Assembly: GCA_965140785.1 (NCBI GenBank)
Contig: OZ223505.1
Coordinates: 32,001-96,000, forward strand
Direction of reading: 5' to 3'
DNA: 64,000 bases
From: an uncultured Ruficoccus sp.
Lineage (GTDB): Bacteria; Verrucomicrobiota; Verrucomicrobiia; Opitutales; Cerasicoccaceae
A program made the translations under genes and the position numbers. The notes under the pieces were generated by a model. It had not been told where the DNA came from. It ran no database searches and saw nothing but the letters and a program-made list of their open reading frames with translations. Below, piece by piece: positions 61,250 to 64,000 of this stretch. Each line of letters opens with the position of its first letter. Positions within the stretch are counted from its first letter, which is position 1.

Positions 61250-63886
61250 ATGCGAGCGGGCACGGAGAAAAATAAGCGCGAAAGCCGCAAGCGCCGGTTC
61301 CGCCTGATGGTGGTGAGCGCGTTTGCGTTGCTGCTGCTGGCCTCGTACCTGTGGCGTCACTTTACCCTGCCGCCGACCGGGCCGCTACTGCCTGGCCAGG
61401 TCCGGGTCGCCCTGCCGGAGTGGAAGGTGGACCGCCACGCCGACGGCGAGATCGAACTGGCCTACCGCGACCTGCCGGCGAAGTCGGGCGACCCCGACGC
61501 GCCGGTGCTGATTCTCGTCCACGGCAGTCCGATGGCCTCGCAGGCGCTGGACGGCCTCATCCCGGGGCTGAACGAAAACACCCGGCTGATCCTGCCCGAC
61601 CTGCCCGGCTTCGGTGGCTCGACGCGGGACATCCCCGACTACTCGATCCGCACGCACGCGCACGCGATTCTCGACCTGATGGACCACCTCGGCCTGGAGC
61701 GGGCAAACCTCCTCGGCTACAGCCAGGGGGGCGGCGTGGTTATCAACGTGGCCGAACTCGCCCCCGAGCGCGTCCAGAGCCTGATTCTGCTCTCGGGCAT
61801 CGGCGTGCAGGAGTACGAGCTGACCGGCGATTACACGCTCAACCACGGCCTCTACGGGATGCAGTTACTGATCCTGACTGCGGCCCGCGAGGCGCTGCCG
61901 CACTTCGGCGTGCTGGACCGGTCGCTGCTGAATGTCCCCTATGCCCGCAACATGTGGGACAGCGACCAGCGTCCCCTGCGCGGCATTCTGGAAGATTACG
62001 ACGCGGCCATGCTCATCGTTCAGGGTGACAAGGACTTCTTCGTGCCGCCGACGACGGCCTACGAGCACCACCGTATCGTGCCCCAGAGCGAACTGGCCCT
62101 GCTCGACGGCGGGCACCTGCTGCCCTTCAAACGGCCCGACGCAGTGGCGGAAAAAGTGGACGGCTTTTTACAGAAGGTGAAAAAGGGCGCGGCCACGATC
62201 CGCCGGGACGCTTCGCCCGAGCGCCTGCTCAAGGCCGCCGCCGATCAGCCCGTTGCCCGGCGTGAGGCCAATGGCCGGACCCTGGCCTTTTACTGCGCCT
62301 TGCTGGTGGCCGGCACACAGGTGGCCGAAGACCTGACCTGCATCTCGGCGGGCTTTCTGGCCGCGCGCGGGGTGGTGCCGTTCTGGGCGGGGACGGTGGC
62401 CTGCATCTTTGGGATCTTTGCCGGGGACATGCTGCTGTACCTGGCCGGGCGTTTCCTGGGCCGTAAGGCGCTGCGCCACGCCCCGCTTAAATGGATGCTC
62501 AAGGAGCGCGACCTCAACTCCATGCAGGAGTGGTTCGAGCAACGCGGGCCGATGCTGATCGTGATGTCGCGCTTTATGCCGGGCACGCGTATCCCGGTCT
62601 TCTTCGGGGCGGGGATGCTGCACATGCCCACCGGCAAGTTCATGTTTTATTTCCTGCTGGCGGCGGTGGCCTGGACGCCGTGCCTGGTGGGGCTTGCCTG
62701 GTGGCTCGGGGACGCCTTCATCGGCTACTTCGAGCGCTTCGAGAAGTTCGCCATCGTCGGCCTGATCGGGGTGGTCGTCGGGATCATGCTCTTGCTGCAC
62801 CTGGTCGTACCCTTGTTTACCTGGCGCGGACGGCGTAAACTCTACGGGCGCTGGAAACGCTGGGCGCGCTGGGAGTATTGGCCGACGTGGCTCTTTTATC
62901 CGCCGGTGGCGGTCTATGTGCTGTGGCTGGGCCTGCGCAACCGGCACCTCGCACTGTTCACCGCCGTCAACCCCGGCATGGGCGAGGGCAGCGGCTTCAC
63001 CGGCGAGTCGAAGGTCGCCATCCTCGACAAGCTCAAGGGCGCGGACGGGGCGATTGCGACCTGGATGGCGCTCCGCGCCGGGGACACCGCCGAAGAAAAG
63101 GAGCGGCAGCTGCGCGCCTTTATGGAGCGCGAGGGGCTGGACTTCCCGCTCGTGCTCAAGCCCGACCTGGGCGAGCGCGGCAGCGGCGTGGCCATCATCC
63201 GCGACTGGGAGACGGCTCGCGGCTACCTGACACGCTGCCCGGACACCATCATCGCGCAGCGCTACATCCCGGGGCGCGAATACGGGATCTTTTACGTGCG
63301 CTATCCCTGGGAGGAAAAGGGGCGGATCTTCGGCATCACCGACAAGCGTTTCACCGCCGTGACCGGCGACGGCAAGAAGCCGTTGGAGGAACTTATCCTG
63401 GGAGACGACCGTGCCGTGTGTATGGAGAGCTTCTTCGAGCAGAAACACAGCGACCACCTCAGCGAGGTGGTGCCCGCCGGGGAAGAATATCAGTTAGCCG
63501 AGCTGGGCACGCACTGCCGCGGCTCGCTCTTCCTCGATGGTTGCGAGCTGGCCACCGAGCCCCTGTGCGAGTGGTTGCAGGGGGTGAGCGATACCTTCGA
63601 GGGCTTTTACTTCGGGCGCTACGACGTGCGGGTTCCCTCGGTGGAGGACCTGCAGGCCGGACGCAATCTCTCCGTGATCGAGCTCAACGGCGTCAGCTCG
63701 GAGGCCACCTGGATCTACGACCCGCGGCACTCCGTTCTTTTCGCCTGGCGCACACTCTTTGAGCAGTGGCGGATGGCGTTCAAGATCGCCGCCTGGAACC
63801 GTGCCCACGGCCACCGGCCCGAGACCTGCCGCCGGACCGCACGGGCGATCCTTGGCCGCGGCCTGCGCGAGCCCTTCGAGGCGTGA
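61250..63886 (+). CDS. Fusion protein: alpha/beta hydrolase + DedA/VTT membrane domain + ATP-grasp domain
   Basis: HGSP, PDLPGFG, GYSQGG, GDKD, GGH; EDLT...GDMLLYLAGR...SRFMPGTR; WEYWP, NPG, GESK, FPLVLKPDLGERGSGV, GTHCRG, GRYDVR, IELNG. Confidence 0.9.
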   Translation: MRAGTEKNKRESRKRRFRLMVVSAFALLLLASYLWRHFTLPPTGPLLPGQVRVALPEWKVDRHADGEIELAYRDLPAKSGDPDAPVLILVHGSPMASQALDGLIPGLNENTRLILPDLPGFGGSTRDIPDYSIRTHAHAILDLMDHLGLERANLLGYSQGGGVVINVAELAPERVQSLILLSGIGVQEYELTGDYTLNHGLYGMQLLILTAAREALPHFGVLDRSLLNVPYARNMWDSDQRPLRGILEDYDAAMLIVQGDKDFFVPPTTAYEHHRIVPQSELALLDGGHLLPFKRPDAVAEKVDGFLQKVKKGAATIRRDASPERLLKAAADQPVARREANGRTLAFYCALLVAGTQVAEDLTCISAGFLAARGVVPFWAGTVACIFGIFAGDMLLYLAGRFLGRKALRHAPLKWMLKERDLNSMQEWFEQRGPMLIVMSRFMPGTRIPVFFGAGMLHMPTGKFMFYFLLAAVAWTPCLVGLAWWLGDAFIGYFERFEKFAIVGLIGVVVGIMLLLHLVVPLFTWRGRRKLYGRWKRWARWEYWPTWLFYPPVAVYVLWLGLRNRHLALFTAVNPGMGEGSGFTGESKVAILDKLKGADGAIATWMALRAGDTAEEKERQLRAFMEREGLDFPLVLKPDLGERGSGVAIIRDWETARGYLTRCPDTIIAQRYIPGREYGIFYVRYPWEEKGRIFGITDKRFTAVTGDGKKPLEELILGDDRAVCMESFFEQKHSDHLSEVVPAGEEYQLAELGTHCRGSLFLDGCELATEPLCEWLQGVSDTFEGFYFGRYDVRVPSVEDLQAGRNLSVIELNGVSSEATWIYDPRHSVLFAWRTLFEQWRMAFKIAAWNRAHGHRPETCRRTARAILGRGLREPFEA

Positions 63887-63912
63887 AGGGAGTTCGTGGA
63901 CATTCGTTTTTT

Positions 63913-63953
63913 ATTTAACCGCAAAGGCGCAAAGGACGCAAAGCGCTGCCGCT
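63913..63953. repeat. Left arm of another periodic inverted-arm element (partner presumably beyond the window)
   Basis: atttaaccgcaaaggcgcaaaggacgcaaagcgctgccgct, near-identical to the arms at 26188 and 27513 and likewise preceded by cg(t)n-a. Confidence 0.8.
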
Positions 63954-64000
63954 GGGTTTCGACAGCCATCGAACTCCCGTTTCCTGCCGGGCTGAATCGG

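Overview
GC-rich bacterial chromosomal window, most likely from Verrucomicrobiota (Opitutia-like). This is inferred from the PEP-CTERM proteins, an H-X9-DG-type prepilin-like protein, a verrucomicrobial-style C-terminal sorting region and pyrimidine-rich leaders. It holds about 57 genes, mostly housekeeping: cydAB, ilvB, sodA, prlC, mutL, glgP, pyrC, glgB, xth, infA, cysK, photolyase, dtd, mpg, hflX, ppdK, a doubly frameshifted tatC and tRNA-Asp. No CRISPR array, prophage, rRNA or recognisable transposase gene was found. The main candidates for undescribed biology are: (1) a dispersed family of intergenic elements bounded by inverted arms built from 8-10-nt tandem periods, mostly ending in TTAAC...GTTAA. 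Most are empty or carry short interiors, but one encloses exactly one GxxExxY (predicted PD-(D/E)xK nuclease) gene, suggesting an autonomous/non-autonomous mobile system. (2) A tightly coupled DinB + NRDE + [alpha/beta-hydrolase-DedA-ATP-grasp] operon. (3) A CxxC/PPPR leader ORF ahead of a Met/His PEP-CTERM protein and a pilin-like gene, a possible metal-sensing arrest-peptide cassette. (4) Shared short motifs: histone-like KKAAK tails on carbon-storage proteins, and [ST]xxPF repeats. All family assignments come from motif recognition by eye; no database searches were run.
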